DNA of 64,000 bases from Desulfosoma sp. (GTDB lineage Bacteria; Desulfobacterota; Syntrophobacteria; Syntrophobacterales; DSM-9756): NCBI GenBank assembly GCA_037481835.1, contig JBBFKW010000006.1:64001-128000 (forward strand). The letters are read 5' to 3'. The notes under the pieces are model-generated. The model worked only from the letters and a program-made list of their open reading frames with translations, did not search any database and was not told where the DNA came from. This document shows positions 49,312 through 62,675 of this stretch, piece after piece. The stretch's first letter is position 1, and each line of letters starts with the position of its first letter. The position numbers and the translations under genes are program-made.

Positions 49312-50580
49312 ATGAATGACGACAGACGACATTTCGAGGAATATCGAGCCGGGACGGGCAGCGTGGCCGTCATCGTTGCCGTCTGCATCGCCATGCTCAT
49401 CGGTTTCGGCGCCCTGGCGGTGGATATCGGGCATCTTTTCATGGCCAAGAACGAACTCCAAAACGCCGCCGACGCGGGAGCCCTCGCCGGGGCCCGAGTT
49501 TTGTACAATGACAACGGGACGATCAACGCCGGTGCCAATCAAGTCGCCTATGACACAGCGACGGCCAACAAGAGTGAAAAACAGCCGGTCGAAGTCATCG
49601 CCGGATTGGATAGCAATACGGGTGACATCCAAAGAGGACATTGGAACCCACTGACACGGACATTCACCCCTAATGCCTCATTGGACCCCCCGGATCTTTC
49701 CGATCGAACAGACGAAGAGATTCACAACGATGTCAACGTCATTGATGCCGTGCGCGTCCGAACCCGCCGGGAGGCCACCCCAATCGTGGCCTTTCTCGCC
49801 CGAATCTTTGGCTACGAAGGGTTCACGTTGAGCGCGGAAGCCGTTGCCTGGTGCGGGCCTCCCGGACCTTTGCCGGCTGAGTCCGTAAATCAAATCATAG
49901 CCATCTGCGCGCAGAGCATCAAAGTTAACGATCGATACAGTTGCAATATCGGCCGAATGATCAACAGCGGATCCCAACAGAGCTCACACAATACCGCCGG
50001 ATGGACGGATTTCCTGCAAAACGAAGAATGTAACGGTGTGAACGCAAATGATTTGAAAGCCCTGCTTCAGGGGTGTAAACCGACAAACAAGACTCCCATT
50101 TATCTAGGCAAGGACATGGAAACGGGTGGTGGTGCCGACGCGAGCGTCTTCAAAGCTTTCCGAGACTGCTGGATCGCGGCGAGCGATAACAGAACGAAGC
50201 CTTGGAAATTGGCTCTTCCGGTGATCGATTGTCCGAGCAACAACGTCGCTAATTGCTCGGAAGTGAGGGGAGCCGTTTACGTGGACGTGGTTTGGGTTAC
50301 AGACGTCGGAGAAGACCCAAAGTACAAAGACGCGCCCAGAAAAATGGCCGGAGTTCCCCCTTATTATTCCGCCTTTGACAACTCTACAGTAGAGGACGGC
50401 AAGACTCGTTGGAACAACTTCGTGAACCACTTTGACTTGAAAAATGTGGATAATCAACCGGCACCCTACGACAAGATGTCCATCTACTTCCTTCCCGACT
50501 GTACCGTCAATGAACCCATCGGGGGCACAGGAACGGAGTACTTCGGAGTTAAGGCGAAGATCCCTGTGCTCGTAAAATGA
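49312..50580 (+). CDS. TadG-like Cys-rich pilus tip protein
   Basis: G/SVAVIVAVC, LAVDIG, ELQNAADAGALAGA. Confidence 0.85.
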   Translation: MNDDRRHFEEYRAGTGSVAVIVAVCIAMLIGFGALAVDIGHLFMAKNELQNAADAGALAGARVLYNDNGTINAGANQVAYDTATANKSEKQPVEVIAGLDSNTGDIQRGHWNPLTRTFTPNASLDPPDLSDRTDEEIHNDVNVIDAVRVRTRREATPIVAFLARIFGYEGFTLSAEAVAWCGPPGPLPAESVNQIIAICAQSIKVNDRYSCNIGRMINSGSQQSSHNTAGWTDFLQNEECNGVNANDLKALLQGCKPTNKTPIYLGKDMETGGGADASVFKAFRDCWIAASDNRTKPWKLALPVIDCPSNNVANCSEVRGAVYVDVVWVTDVGEDPKYKDAPRKMAGVPPYYSAFDNSTVEDGKTRWNNFVNHFDLKNVDNQPAPYDKMSIYFLPDCTVNEPIGGTGTEYFGVKAKIPVLVK

Positions 50581-50604
50581 AGACTAAGACTTCATGGCGT
50601 ATCG

Positions 50605-50633
50605 AAGCCCGGGACGCGCCCCCGGGCTTTTTT
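50605..50633 (+). terminator. Intrinsic terminator of the tad locus
   Basis: AAGCCCGGG-N7-CCCGGGCTT followed by TTTT. Confidence 0.8.
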
Positions 50634-50876
50634 GGGCTCCCGGCCGTGGCCGGCAATCTTGTCGACCTCGGAGGAGAGCGGCGGGCGTGGTTTGCGAAAC
50701 GCCCGAGGGCTGCAAAGTTTTCAGCCGGCGCCAAGGCCGCCCGCTTCTTCCATGAGAACGATCTTGACGGGTTTCGCGCATTTTTCACGGGCCCTCCTTT
50801 GACCCGCCGTATAAGAGCACTTGGGAGCAAGGCCGGACGAGACGAGGCGGTGCTTGGGAAGTCGTTTGCCGTTTCG

Positions 50877-52446
50877 CCCCCCCCTCACCCCGCCCTCTCC
50901 CCCCAAAGGGGGGAGAGGGGGATGAGTTCAAATATCCGTAGAGTGGTTCTTAGCCCCTACCGTTCCTCTCTGCCAAAGGGGTGAGAGGGGGATACACACA
51001 GTTCGACGCAGAGCTGCTCCTAGCCCCGACCGTTGCCTCTCGCCTCCTTTGGGGGGAGAGGGGAATAAACACATTTAAACGTAGAGCGGATCTTAGCCCC
51101 TACCTTTCCCTCTCGCCCCAATGTGGGGAAAGGGGGATTGTTAGACGCAGAGCCGCTCTTCATCCTGACCGTTGCCTCTCTCCCCAAGGGAGGAGAGAGG
51201 GGTAAAGTTCATTATACGTAGAGCCATTATGAGCCCCTCCCCTTCCGTCTCCCCAAAGGGGGAAAGGGAAAAGGGTGAGGCGGTGAAGCACACTCGCGGG
51301 CGGAGAAGTCATCCTCCCTTTCCGCCTTCGGGGAATTCCAGCGCCCCTCCTCCCTTTGGGCCATTCCAGACTCTCTCTCCCCCTCTAAAGAATTTAAGGC
51401 TCCTTCTCGCCCCCTTGGGGAATTTCAGACGCCCTCTCCCCTCCTTGGGAAATCTTAGGCTCCCTCTCCCCCCTCTGGAGAATTTCAGGCTCCCTCTCCC
51501 CCCTCTGGGGGGAGAGGGCCGGGGTGAGGGGGGGCCTCATTCCTCCGCCTGCTTCCCGGGGGGTTACGGCCTGTCGGCGGAACAGTACACCGTCAAGCCT
51601 GCCAAGGCGATTCCAGGCTCCCTCTCCCCGTTGGGGAATCCTAGACCCCCTCGGCCCCTCTGCGAAATCTTAGACACCTTCTGCCCCTCTGGGAAATCTT
51701 AGGCTCCCTCTCCCCCCTTTGGGGGGAGAGGGCCGGGGTGAGGGGGGCCTTCCTCCTTTACGATTCCTTCTCAACCCTGAACCCATGCCCCCCGCCGGAG
51801 GACCCCGCGCGCCATGATCCCCCCGAGCCGCCTCTTCGCTGCCGGACGCCGAACCGTTTCCCGGGATCTTCCCGACTTGGGCCGGGACCTCCTCGTCGGC
51901 TGCCTGAACACCGTCGTCGGCTTTGTGGGGAGCCGTCACATCGCCTTCTTCAGCAGCAGGGAAAACTTCCGGTGAAAGCCCCCTCTTTTGCTGGAAGAGC
52001 GAGGAGCGGCGGCACGGTGTGGGCGCAAGGAGGGGGGATGGCCCCCCTCACCCTGCCCTCTCCCCCCTTTGGGGGGAGAGGGGAAAAGGGCGGGTATGGG
52101 CACGGCCCCGCGGGGGGAGGGGTGCGTACCCTGGCAGGAGGTGAGCCTCCGGGTGAGAAGGGGTGTGCCCCCGGCTGAGGAGGTGAGCGTCCGGGTGAGG
52201 AGGGGTGCGCCCCCGGAGAAGGATGGGCCGGGGGGTTAGATGTCGAAGTAGAGCATGAACTCGTCGGGGTGAGGGTGCAAGGAGGGGGGATGGCCCCCCT
52301 CACCCTGCCCTCTCCCCCCTTTGGGGGGAGAGGGGAAAAATGGCGAGCATGCACACCGCCCCGCGGGGGGAGAGGGGGAAAGGGCGGGCATGGGCACGGC
52401 CCCGCGGGCAGGAGGGGTGCGCCCCCGGAAAGGGATGGGCCGGGGG
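50877..52446. repeat. Composite repeat region: five BoxC-like heads, arrays, a permuted copy of 28110-29391 and a glnA 3' duplicate
   Basis: Direct sequence matches described in the findings. Confidence 0.9.
51814..51960 (+). pseudogene. Internally deleted GtrA-family remnant, copy 2
   Basis: Close match to 28371-28520. Confidence 0.65.
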
Positions 52447-53859
52447 TTAGATGTCGAAGTAGAGCATGAACTCGTAGGGGTGGGGGCGCAACCGCACCGG
52501 GTCCACTTCGTTGGACCGCTTGTATTCCAGCCACTTGGCAATGACGTCTTCCGTGAACACATCGCCTTTCAACAGGAAATCGTGATCCTGTTCCAGGGCC
52601 TTGAGAGCCTCTTCCAGGGATCCCGGCGTCGAAGGCACGTTGGCCAGTTCTTCGGGCGTCAGGGCGTAGATGTCCTTATCCAGCGGTTCCCCCGGGTCGA
52701 TGCGGTTTTCGATGCCGTCCAAGGCGGCCATGAGCAGGGCGCTGAAGGCGAGATAGCCGTTGCACGACGGATCGGGGAAGCGGATCTCGATGCGTTTCGC
52801 CTTGGGAGAAGGCGAATACATGGGAATGCGGATGGAGGCGCTTCGGTTTCGGCTGGAGTAGGCCAGGTTCACCGGGGCTTCGTAACCCGGCACAAGCCGC
52901 TTGTAGGAATTGGTCGTGGGGTTGGTGAAGGCGCACAGGGCCGCCGCATGGCGAAGGACGCCCCCTACGGCGTGCAGGGCCATTTCGCTCAAGCCCGCGT
53001 ACCGGTCCCCGGCGAACAGGGGTTTCCCTTCCTTCCAGATGCTCAGGTGGGTGTGCATGCCCGATCCGTTGTCGCCGAAAAGGGGCTTGGGCATGAAAGT
53101 CACGGTCTTCTTGTGTTTGCGGGCCACGTTCTTGATGATGTACTTGAACCACATGAGCTGGTCGCCCATCTTGACCAGGGGCGCGAAGCGCATGTCGATT
53201 TCCGCCTGGCCGGCCGTGGCCACTTCGTGGTGCTGGCATTCCACCTGGATGCCCACCTGCTCCATCATGAGCACCATTTCCGTGCGGATGTCCTGCTGCG
53301 CGTCGGTGGGCGGCACGGGAAAGTAACCTTCCTTGTGGCGCGGCTTGTAGCCCAGGTTGGGGTTTTCTTCCCGGCCGCTGTTCCAGATGCCTTCTTCCGA
53401 ATCGATGAAGTAGTAGCCGTAATGGGCTGCCGAAGCATAGCGGATGTCGTCGAAGATGAAAAATTCCGCTTCGGGCCCGAAGTAGGCCGTATCGCCGATG
53501 CCCGTGAACTTCAGGTAGGATTCGGCCTTGTGGGCGATGTAGCGCGGGTCGCGCGTGTACCGTTCCTTGGTCACCGGATCCACGATGTTGCAGATGAGGG
53601 TCAAGGTGGGCACCTGAAAGAAGGGGTCCATGACGGCCGTGTCCGGATCGGGGATGACCAGCATGTCGCTGGCGTTGATGGGCTGCCAGCCGCGGATGCT
53701 GGACCCGTCGAAACCGAAGCCTTCTTCAAAGGACGACTCGTCGAATTCGCTGATGGGCACCGTAAAGTGCTGCCAAATGCCGGGAAAGTCCAAGAAACGA
53801 AAATCCACCATCCGGGCGTTGTTTTCCTTGGCGAAAGCCATTACTTCCTGAGGGGTCAT
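52447..53859 (-). CDS. glnA: Glutamine synthetase type I
   Basis: [41 protein letters not shown], adenylylation loop DKDIY. Confidence 0.97.
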   Translation of the reverse strand: MTPQEVMAFAKENNARMVDFRFLDFPGIWQHFTVPISEFDESSFEEGFGFDGSSIRGWQPINASDMLVIPDPDTAVMDPFFQVPTLTLICNIVDPVTKERYTRDPRYIAHKAESYLKFTGIGDTAYFGPEAEFFIFDDIRYASAAHYGYYFIDSEEGIWNSGREENPNLGYKPRHKEGYFPVPPTDAQQDIRTEMVLMMEQVGIQVECQHHEVATAGQAEIDMRFAPLVKMGDQLMWFKYIIKNVARKHKKTVTFMPKPLFGDNGSGMHTHLSIWKEGKPLFAGDRYAGLSEMALHAVGGVLRHAAALCAFTNPTTNSYKRLVPGYEAPVNLAYSSRNRSASIRIPMYSPSPKAKRIEIRFPDPSCNGYLAFSALLMAALDGIENRIDPGEPLDKDIYALTPEELANVPSTPGSLEEALKALEQDHDFLLKGDVFTEDVIAKWLEYKRSNEVDPVRLRPHPYEFMLYFDI

Positions 53860-53914
53860 GCAGTGTCCTCCTTATGAGAGTGGTTTGGGGTGCATCGTGT
53901 CGGTTCCAGGAATG

Positions 53915-53931
53915 AGCAATTTCCTTGCCAA
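53915..53931 (-). promoter_or_regulatory. Sigma54 promoter of glnA
   Basis: Minus strand reads TTGGCAAGGAAATTGCT. Confidence 0.82.
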
Positions 53932-54020
53932 AGCGTGTTCGAGGGCCGCGGCGTTGGCCCGAACCTCCGAGAGCCGCCGCCACGTTCTCCCTGCGGGCAC
54001 AGGCGGTTTCGGTTTTTGAG

Positions 54021-54074
54021 GACAAAATTGTGTCGGCGGGAGGGCCGGGCGGCCTTTGTGAGACAATTTCGTCT
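54021..54074. promoter_or_regulatory. Two 14-bp palindromes, candidate activator sites
   Basis: GACAAAATTGTGTC at 54021-54034 and AGACAATTTCGTCT at 54061-54074. Confidence 0.55.
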
Positions 54075-54186
54075 TTTCCTTTCCTTTGGGCTCAAAACCT
54101 GCGGATCCGGCCCGGCAAGGATGGCAACCGAAACCCTGCGGTCATAAAAAAACCGGTTCCGCGGCGGCATGGGCGGGAAGGCTCTC

Positions 54187-56823
54187 CTAGCCTTGGCCCT
54201 TGGATCGGGGGACGTCCCAAGATCGGAGGCATTCCAGGAGGCGCTCCTCGATGAGCCCGTGCCGTTCGGGATCCTGAATCTTGCCCCCATCCAAGTCCGT
54301 GACGTAGAAGACGTCCACCACCTGGGCGCCGGGCGTGGAAATTTTCGCCAGCTGGATGTTCAGCCCCAGTTCGAACAGGGTCTGGGTCATGGCATGGAGC
54401 ACGCCGGGCCGATCCCACGTGTAAACTTCGATGACCGTGTAAAAGTCCGAGGCGCTCTCATCCAGCACGACCCGGTCGGGTTTTTTCGGCCCCAGGACGG
54501 CCTTGCGGGGAATGGGCGGCCGGTGTCGTTCCTTCAAGGCCGTCAAGGCGTCCGGGTCCCGGACGCACCGGCTGAGGTCGCTGCGCACCCTCTCCCAGGT
54601 TCCCTCGGGGTGGAGCGGGTCCGGGACGTCTTCCACGATGAGGATGTCCAGGGCGATGCCGTAGGATCGGGTGTAGATGTCCGCCGAAAGGATGTTCAAG
54701 CCGTGGAGCCACAGGACGCCGGTGATGGTGGCGAAAAGGCCCGGCCGATCCCGGCAGGCCGTGGTCACCTGCCACAGCCCTCCGTCCATGGGGCGGGCGT
54801 CCAAGGCCAGGCCCTTGTGGGGCACCTCCTTTTCCATGGCGAAGTGGCGAAGAATTTCCGAGGACGGCTGGGACAGGATGTAGCGCAACGAGAGATTTTC
54901 CAGCCAGCGCGCCACGGCGCCGTGGTCCTCCGCCGGGCACAGGGCAAGGACCTGGGCCTGGATCGCTTCCGCCCTTTCCGTCACGTCTTCCGGCCGCCAT
55001 TCGCCCCTCAGGAGCACCCGGTCCACTTTGCCGTAAAGTTCATCCATGAGGGATGCCCGCCAGGTGTTCCACGCCCCGGGGCCCGTGGCCCGGGAATCGG
55101 CCACGGCCAGGAGATACAAATGTCGCAGTTTGGTTCGGGTTCCGATCTGCATGGCGCAGCGCACGATGGGCTTTTCATCGCTCAGGTCCCTTTTCAGGGC
55201 CGTATCGGGAAGGAGCAGGTGGTGTCGGATGAGGAACTCCAGCAAGGCCTTCTCTTCGGGATCCAGCCCCAGGCGGTCGGCGATGGTGCGGCTCATTTCC
55301 GCGCCGCGCACCGAGTGGTTCTTGCCCTGCCCCTTGCCCACATCGTGGAGGAGTGCGGCGAGATAGAGGATGCGCCGGTCGGGGAGATCGTGGAACAGAT
55401 GCCGGCAGTCCACCTGGGGCTCCAGGGAGGGGACGCCCTGTTCCAACCGGTGCATTTCGCGCACGGTGCGAAGGAGGTGTTCGTCCACGGTGTAGAGGTG
55501 GTAGACGTCGTGCTGGACCCGGTAGCGCACGGAGGCCAGTTCGGGGATGAAGCTCTGGAGGAAGCCCGTTTCCATCATGACCCGAAGGATCCCGAAGGAC
55601 CGGGTGGGATTCAGGAGGATGTCGAAGAATTTGGCCACGACGGCCGGGTCGGATCGCACGGCGTCATTCACGGCCCCCAGGTTTTCCCGGACGATCCGCC
55701 CCGTCTGGTGGTGGAAATGGGCCCCCCGCTTGGCGGCTTCCCAAAAGAGGTCCATGAGCCGTTCGGGCCGTTCCCGGATTCGTTCCGGTTCCATGAAGGA
55801 CAGATGGTTGTTTTCCAGGAGGAACGGCCCGGCAAGGACGGTCCTTCGCCTCGCAAAGCGCCGATGTTTTTTGGTTTCATGGGCGAGGCGGTCCAGGAGG
55901 AAGCCGGCGATGCGGCGGATGCGCGCCGTGTGGCGGTAGTAGAGGTGCATGAAGGCTTCCACGGCGCTTCCTTCCGTGCCGTCCAGGAAGCCCAAACGCT
56001 TGGCCAGGACTTCCTGGTCCGCCATGAGCAGTCGGTCCTGGCGCTTGCCGTTCAGGTGGTGGAGCTGCAGGCGCACGCGCCACAGGAAATCTTCCGCCTG
56101 TTCCAGCCACAGGGCTTCTTCGGCGGAAAGCCAGCCCGCGTCCGTGAGGGCCTGAACCGACGGCGCTCCCAAGAAGATGACGCCGATCCAGCGGATGGTG
56201 TGGATGTCGCGAAGACTGCCGACGCCCTCTTTCAGGTGCGGCTCCAGGAGGTAGCTGCTTTCGCCGTAGCGGCTGTAGCGGCTCTTTTTGTATTCCCGGA
56301 GGTTTTCCAGGAATCGGGCGCGCTTGCCTGGGGTGAAGGTTCCAAGGAAGCGTTCACGCCATTGGCGGTAAAACTCCGGGTCGCCCCCGGCCGGGGCCGC
56401 CTCCACGTAAGTGGTCTGGACACTGAAGTCCCGGCGCATGAGGTCTTGGAGGTCCTTCGGGGAAGTGACCATGTGGCCCACTTCGAACCCGGCGTCCCAC
56501 AGGCCGGGGACCACGCGGCGGATGGCGGCTTCCAGAGCGGAAGGCAGGCGCCGTTTGTGGAGAAAGACGAGGTCCAGGTCGGAGGCGAAGCTCAACTGCC
56601 CGCGGCCGAAGCCGCCCACGGCGGCGGCGCACCAGCCGTCGGAAGCGCTGCCGGCCTCCGCGGTGATGAGTCCGCGCAGTTCTTCCAAGAGCCGTTGCGC
56701 GTAGGTGCGGGCGGCCATCACGCCGGGAACGTCGGAACCGCACGCCTTCCTGAAGTCCTCTCGAAGCTGCACCAGAGTTTTGCAGTTCATGGGAGATCCG
56801 TCTTCGCGCTCGGTCACATCCAT
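54187..56823 (-). CDS. glnD: [Protein-PII] uridylyltransferase
   Basis: AVGGFGR...SDLDL, HLYTVDEH, LLHDVGKG and two ACT domains (DRPG). Confidence 0.94.
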   Translation of the reverse strand: MDVTEREDGSPMNCKTLVQLREDFRKACGSDVPGVMAARTYAQRLLEELRGLITAEAGSASDGWCAAAVGGFGRGQLSFASDLDLVFLHKRRLPSALEAAIRRVVPGLWDAGFEVGHMVTSPKDLQDLMRRDFSVQTTYVEAAPAGGDPEFYRQWRERFLGTFTPGKRARFLENLREYKKSRYSRYGESSYLLEPHLKEGVGSLRDIHTIRWIGVIFLGAPSVQALTDAGWLSAEEALWLEQAEDFLWRVRLQLHHLNGKRQDRLLMADQEVLAKRLGFLDGTEGSAVEAFMHLYYRHTARIRRIAGFLLDRLAHETKKHRRFARRRTVLAGPFLLENNHLSFMEPERIRERPERLMDLFWEAAKRGAHFHHQTGRIVRENLGAVNDAVRSDPAVVAKFFDILLNPTRSFGILRVMMETGFLQSFIPELASVRYRVQHDVYHLYTVDEHLLRTVREMHRLEQGVPSLEPQVDCRHLFHDLPDRRILYLAALLHDVGKGQGKNHSVRGAEMSRTIADRLGLDPEEKALLEFLIRHHLLLPDTALKRDLSDEKPIVRCAMQIGTRTKLRHLYLLAVADSRATGPGAWNTWRASLMDELYGKVDRVLLRGEWRPEDVTERAEAIQAQVLALCPAEDHGAVARWLENLSLRYILSQPSSEILRHFAMEKEVPHKGLALDARPMDGGLWQVTTACRDRPGLFATITGVLWLHGLNILSADIYTRSYGIALDILIVEDVPDPLHPEGTWERVRSDLSRCVRDPDALTALKERHRPPIPRKAVLGPKKPDRVVLDESASDFYTVIEVYTWDRPGVLHAMTQTLFELGLNIQLAKISTPGAQVVDVFYVTDLDGGKIQDPERHGLIEERLLECLRSWDVPRSKGQG

Positions 56824-56886
56824 TGGCGGGGTTTCGCCGTTCGGCCCCGAGCTCCGGCGCGGTCTTCACCGGGTCCTTTGGCGGTT

Positions 56887-58870
<1,984 letters not shown>

Positions 58871-58946
58871 GCGCCATCCGTCGCCGCTTTTGAGGTCATT
58901 CCCGCGCCGGGATTCAAAGCAAAACTTATACCAAGAGGCCCGGGAC

Positions 58947-60494
58947 TCACGGCGATTCCTCGGCATCGGCGGCGCGGCTTCGGCCCGCGAATCGGCGCGG
59001 GTCGATGCCGTATTTGCGCACCTTGTACTGGACGATGCGCTTGGTGGTCCCAAGGAGGCGGGCCGCCTGGGCCTGGTTTCCCCGGGCGTCTTTCAAAGCG
59101 TCCAGGATGATGTCCCGCTCGAAGGCTCCCACCAAGGCTTCCAGTGTGCCCCGGGATTGGCGCTGGAGTTCCATGGGTTTCATCTGGAGCGTGGGCGGCA
59201 GGTGGCGGGCCTCGATGGCGTCTCCGGGGGCGAGGACCACGGCCCGTTCGATGCAATTTTCCAGTTCGCGCACGTTGCCCGGCCAGTGGTAGGCCATGAG
59301 GAGGTCGATGGCCGGGGTGGAGATGCGGTTTACGGCCTTTCCCAGGAGCTGAGCGTACTTTTGGACGAAGTAATCGGCGAGAAGGAGAATGTCCGGGCCC
59401 CGGTCCCGCAAAGGCGGCAGGAAGATGGGAAAGACGTTGAGCCGGTAGTAGAGATCGGATCGAAACCGGCCGTGAGCCGTTTCCTGTTCCAGGTCTTTGT
59501 TGGTGGCGGCCACCACCCGCACGTCCACCTTGACCACCCGAGACGATCCCAAGGGCTGAAACTCCCTTTCCTGGAGAACGCGCAGGAGCTTGGCCTGGGC
59601 CACGGGAGAAAGTTCCCCGATTTCGTCCAAGAAGATGGTGCCGCCCTGGGCTTCTTCAAACCGGCCCCTGCGCCGGGCCACCGCCCCCGTGAAGGCGCCT
59701 TTTTCGTGGCCGAACAGCTCGCTTTCCAGGAGCGTGTCCGGCATGGCGGCGCAGTTGACCCGAACGAGCGGCCCCGAGGCCCGTGAACTGTTGTCGTGGA
59801 TGGCCTTGGCCACCAGTTCCTTGCCCGTGCCCGTTTCGCCGTGGATGAGCACGGTCGTGTTGGTGTCCGCCACCTGGTCGATGAGGCGCAAAACATCGCG
59901 GATTTCCTTGGACCGGCCCAGAATTTGGGTCTTGGGCCGACGGGCCTCGGCGAGGATTTCTCGAAGTTTGCGGTTTTCCTCTTCCACGGCACGAAAATGA
60001 ACCGCCTTGCCCAGGAGTTCCGCCACGGCTTCCAGGAGTTCCACTTCCCTGGCCAGATCCTCCACATCGCGGCTCAGCTTGTCCGCCGAGAGCACGCCGA
60101 CCACACGCCCTTGGTGAAAGATGGGCACGCAGAGGAAGGCCAGTTCCCTGCGGTTGAGCTTCTTGCGGGCGCCCGTGCGGTCCAGGAAATGGGCTTCTTC
60201 GCCCAGATCGGCGATGGCCATGGGCCGGCCCGTCTGGGCCACCTTGCCCGTGATCCCTTCCCCCGGCCGGTAGATGACGCTGCCGGAACGCACATCCATG
60301 CCCAGGGCCACATCGAGCCAGGCTTCGCCGGTTTTGTGGTCCAGAATGGAAATCATGCCGCGCTGCATGCCGAGCCGAGTGCTCAGGACGGCCAAGACCT
60401 GCTGGAACTGGTCCTTGAAGTCGTCCGGGCGGGCCAGAACGCGGGCGATTTCGTGCAAGGCGCTGAGTTCTTTAAGGCTGTATTTTTCGTCCAT
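58947..60494 (-). CDS. NifA-like GAF-AAA+-HTH sigma54 activator
   Basis: GAF domain (GEGITGKVA); [22 protein letters not shown]; Fis-type HTH. Confidence 0.92.
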   Translation of the reverse strand: MDEKYSLKELSALHEIARVLARPDDFKDQFQQVLAVLSTRLGMQRGMISILDHKTGEAWLDVALGMDVRSGSVIYRPGEGITGKVAQTGRPMAIADLGEEAHFLDRTGARKKLNRRELAFLCVPIFHQGRVVGVLSADKLSRDVEDLAREVELLEAVAELLGKAVHFRAVEEENRKLREILAEARRPKTQILGRSKEIRDVLRLIDQVADTNTTVLIHGETGTGKELVAKAIHDNSSRASGPLVRVNCAAMPDTLLESELFGHEKGAFTGAVARRRGRFEEAQGGTIFLDEIGELSPVAQAKLLRVLQEREFQPLGSSRVVKVDVRVVAATNKDLEQETAHGRFRSDLYYRLNVFPIFLPPLRDRGPDILLLADYFVQKYAQLLGKAVNRISTPAIDLLMAYHWPGNVRELENCIERAVVLAPGDAIEARHLPPTLQMKPMELQRQSRGTLEALVGAFERDIILDALKDARGNQAQAARLLGTTKRIVQYKVRKYGIDPRRFAGRSRAADAEESP

Positions 60495-60526
60495 TGCTGC
60501 ACATCACGGTTGCCGGGTTTGCGGGT

Positions 60527-60985
60527 GCCCCCCTCACCCTGCCCTCTCCCCCCGAAGGGGGGAGAGGGAAAAATCTGCAACTGCCTGCAGTCCCCCGAAG
60601 GGGGGAGAGGGAAAAATCTGCAACTGCCTGCGGTCCCCCGAAGGGGGATCGGGTAAATTCGGCAGCTGCCCGCGGTCCCCCGAAGGGGGAGAGGGAAAAA
60701 TCGGCGGCTGCCGATAATCCCCCCAAAGGGGAGAGCGGGAAATATCTGCAGCTGCCGATAGTCCCCCAATAGGGGGGGAAAGACAAGTGGGCCGCTGCCG
60801 GCGGCCTCCCGAAGGGAAAACGGGGTGGCAGTCAGCAGTTCCCCTGGAGGGGGAAAGGCAGCGGCGGTCAGCGGTCCCCCCAAAGGAAAACGCCGCGGCT
60901 GTCAGAAGTTCCCCAAAGGGAAAACGACGCCGCGTCCCCTAAAGGGAAAATATGGCAGGTGCCGGAAGTCCCCCAAAAGGAAACA
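60527..60985 (+). repeat. BoxC-like head with a 43-bp array of about 11 units, decaying rightwards
   Basis: Unit CCCCCGAAGGGGGGAGAGGGAAAAATCTGCAACTGCCTGC(A/G)GT. Confidence 0.92.
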
Positions 60986-61091
60986 TGTTGCCGGCGGCGG
61001 GATCCCGCGTCGCCGCTGCCGCCCTTTTGGCGCAAATGGGGCGCCCGCCGGGACGCAGGGGCCGGAAGGCGACTTTTCGGCACAGGCTTTG

Positions 61092-62675
61092 TCATGAGCC
61101 GTCTCCGGTATCCCTGGGCTGGTGTTCCGGGCGCAGCAGGTCCAAAACGGTCTTCACCGGGTTGAAGGTCACCGATGGGACTTCCACGAAAACGGTGTTC
61201 CACAGCGCCATGGACCCGTTCCAGAGGCCGGGTAGTTCCAGCGCCTTCAACGGGCGGCCTTCCAAGGATTTTTTCGTGATGATGACCGCATCCGGATCCC
61301 GGTAGCGCAGCAAATCGTAAGGAGCGCCCTCGGGATCCCGCACGGCGCACACCAAGTCCACGGGATTGAAATGGGTCGCCCGCTCCCACACGGCCCGCTG
61401 ACGCGGATCGGCCATGTTCACCTGGGCCTTTTCCACGATTTGGCAGGTGAGGCGCCCTTCCCGGTCCCAGGCCCAGAAGGGGCCGCCGCCGGGTTCACCC
61501 ACGTTACGCACCATGCCGCACACTCGAAGAGGGCGGTTGAGCACGTGGAGGAGCAAGTCTCTTTGGGCGATCAGGGCCCCTCCGATGGCGCACGTGCCGC
61601 CCCAGAAGGTCGTCTGCACGAAGCGGCGCACCTGCTCCACCGTCTCCGACGACAACCGGGTGCGCAAAGCCTTGATCTGGCGATGGATGCGCTCCTGCAT
61701 GAGGATGGCCAGCCCGCCCAGGATTTTCTTCCAGCGGATCGTTTCCGGCTTGAGGTAATCCGGCACCACGTTGTCGATGTTCTTGATGTAGACCAGGTCT
61801 CCTTTGAGGCGGTTCAAATTGTAGAGGAGCGCGCCGTGGCCGGCCGGTCGAAACACCAGGCGGCCGGAGGCGTCTCGGAACGGCCGGTTGTCTTCGTCCA
61901 CGGCCAGGGTATTCGTTGCGGCGCTTTGCTCGGACAAGGTAATCTGAAAGGAACAATCCCAGAGGGCCTCGTGACGCGGGCGCACTGCGGCGATGTGTTC
62001 CAGAAACCGCTCCTCGTGCTCGGGGCTCACCGTGAAATGCACGGGGCACACCCCGTTGGGCAGGCGGACAATGCGGGCTGCTTCCGCCAACTGCTCTTCC
62101 AGGGCCGTGCGGGGCCCGTCTTCATAGCGATGGAAAGGGATGAGGGCCTTGGGAAGCCGCCCGTAATCCAAGCCTTGGGCCGTCAAAAGGGCCTTCAGGG
62201 CCCGGTCGATTCTCCCGGCGCGCAGATCCCCCTCCAGGTCGGCGCCGGAGCGGCCCGCGGCCTCCAGCCACGCCTCGTAAAAAGCAAAACGCCGGGCGTT
62301 GTCGAAAAACACCCGAACACGGCGAGCCGCCTCGTCCCCGGCTTCGGCCGAGGCTTTGATTTGGGAAAGATCGGGCACGGGGTTTCGCCCCAGCACGGCG
62401 AAAAGGTCCTGGAACATGCGCGTCGCCGCGCCGGAAGCGGGAACGAATTTGACGAACCGCCCCTTTTTGAGCCCCTTGGTGTAGGCGTCCATACAGGCCC
62501 TTTCCAGCTGGGCATCCACCCCGAGGATGCCGTCTCCCAAGGTGCAGGGCCTGTGGAGTTCCACGCTGATGTTTTTCTTTTCAAAAAGGGCCAGCTGCCG
62601 TTCCACCTCCCACTGAGGGATCCCCAGCTGCTTCATCTGCTCCAGATCCGCTTCGTCAAACCACTTCTCATCCAT
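61092..62675 (-). CDS. DUF4301 family protein
   Basis: KFVPASGAATRMF, HFTVSPEH, RPAGHGALL, IKNIDNV, GEPGGGPFW, FNPVKT; GGAGG RBS. Confidence 0.85.
   Translation of the reverse strand: MDEKWFDEADLEQMKQLGIPQWEVERQLALFEKKNISVELHRPCTLGDGILGVDAQLERACMDAYTKGLKKGRFVKFVPASGAATRMFQDLFAVLGRNPVPDLSQIKASAEAGDEAARRVRVFFDNARRFAFYEAWLEAAGRSGADLEGDLRAGRIDRALKALLTAQGLDYGRLPKALIPFHRYEDGPRTALEEQLAEAARIVRLPNGVCPVHFTVSPEHEERFLEHIAAVRPRHEALWDCSFQITLSEQSAATNTLAVDEDNRPFRDASGRLVFRPAGHGALLYNLNRLKGDLVYIKNIDNVVPDYLKPETIRWKKILGGLAILMQERIHRQIKALRTRLSSETVEQVRRFVQTTFWGGTCAIGGALIAQRDLLLHVLNRPLRVCGMVRNVGEPGGGPFWAWDREGRLTCQIVEKAQVNMADPRQRAVWERATHFNPVDLVCAVRDPEGAPYDLLRYRDPDAVIITKKSLEGRPLKALELPGLWNGSMALWNTVFVEVPSVTFNPVKTVLDLLRPEHQPRDTGDGS

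Noticed and set aside
60527..60985. Repeat arrays (here and at 41367, 28597, 15214) as CRISPR
   Set aside because: Spacers within an array are copies of one another, the repeats are degenerate, and no cas gene is present.
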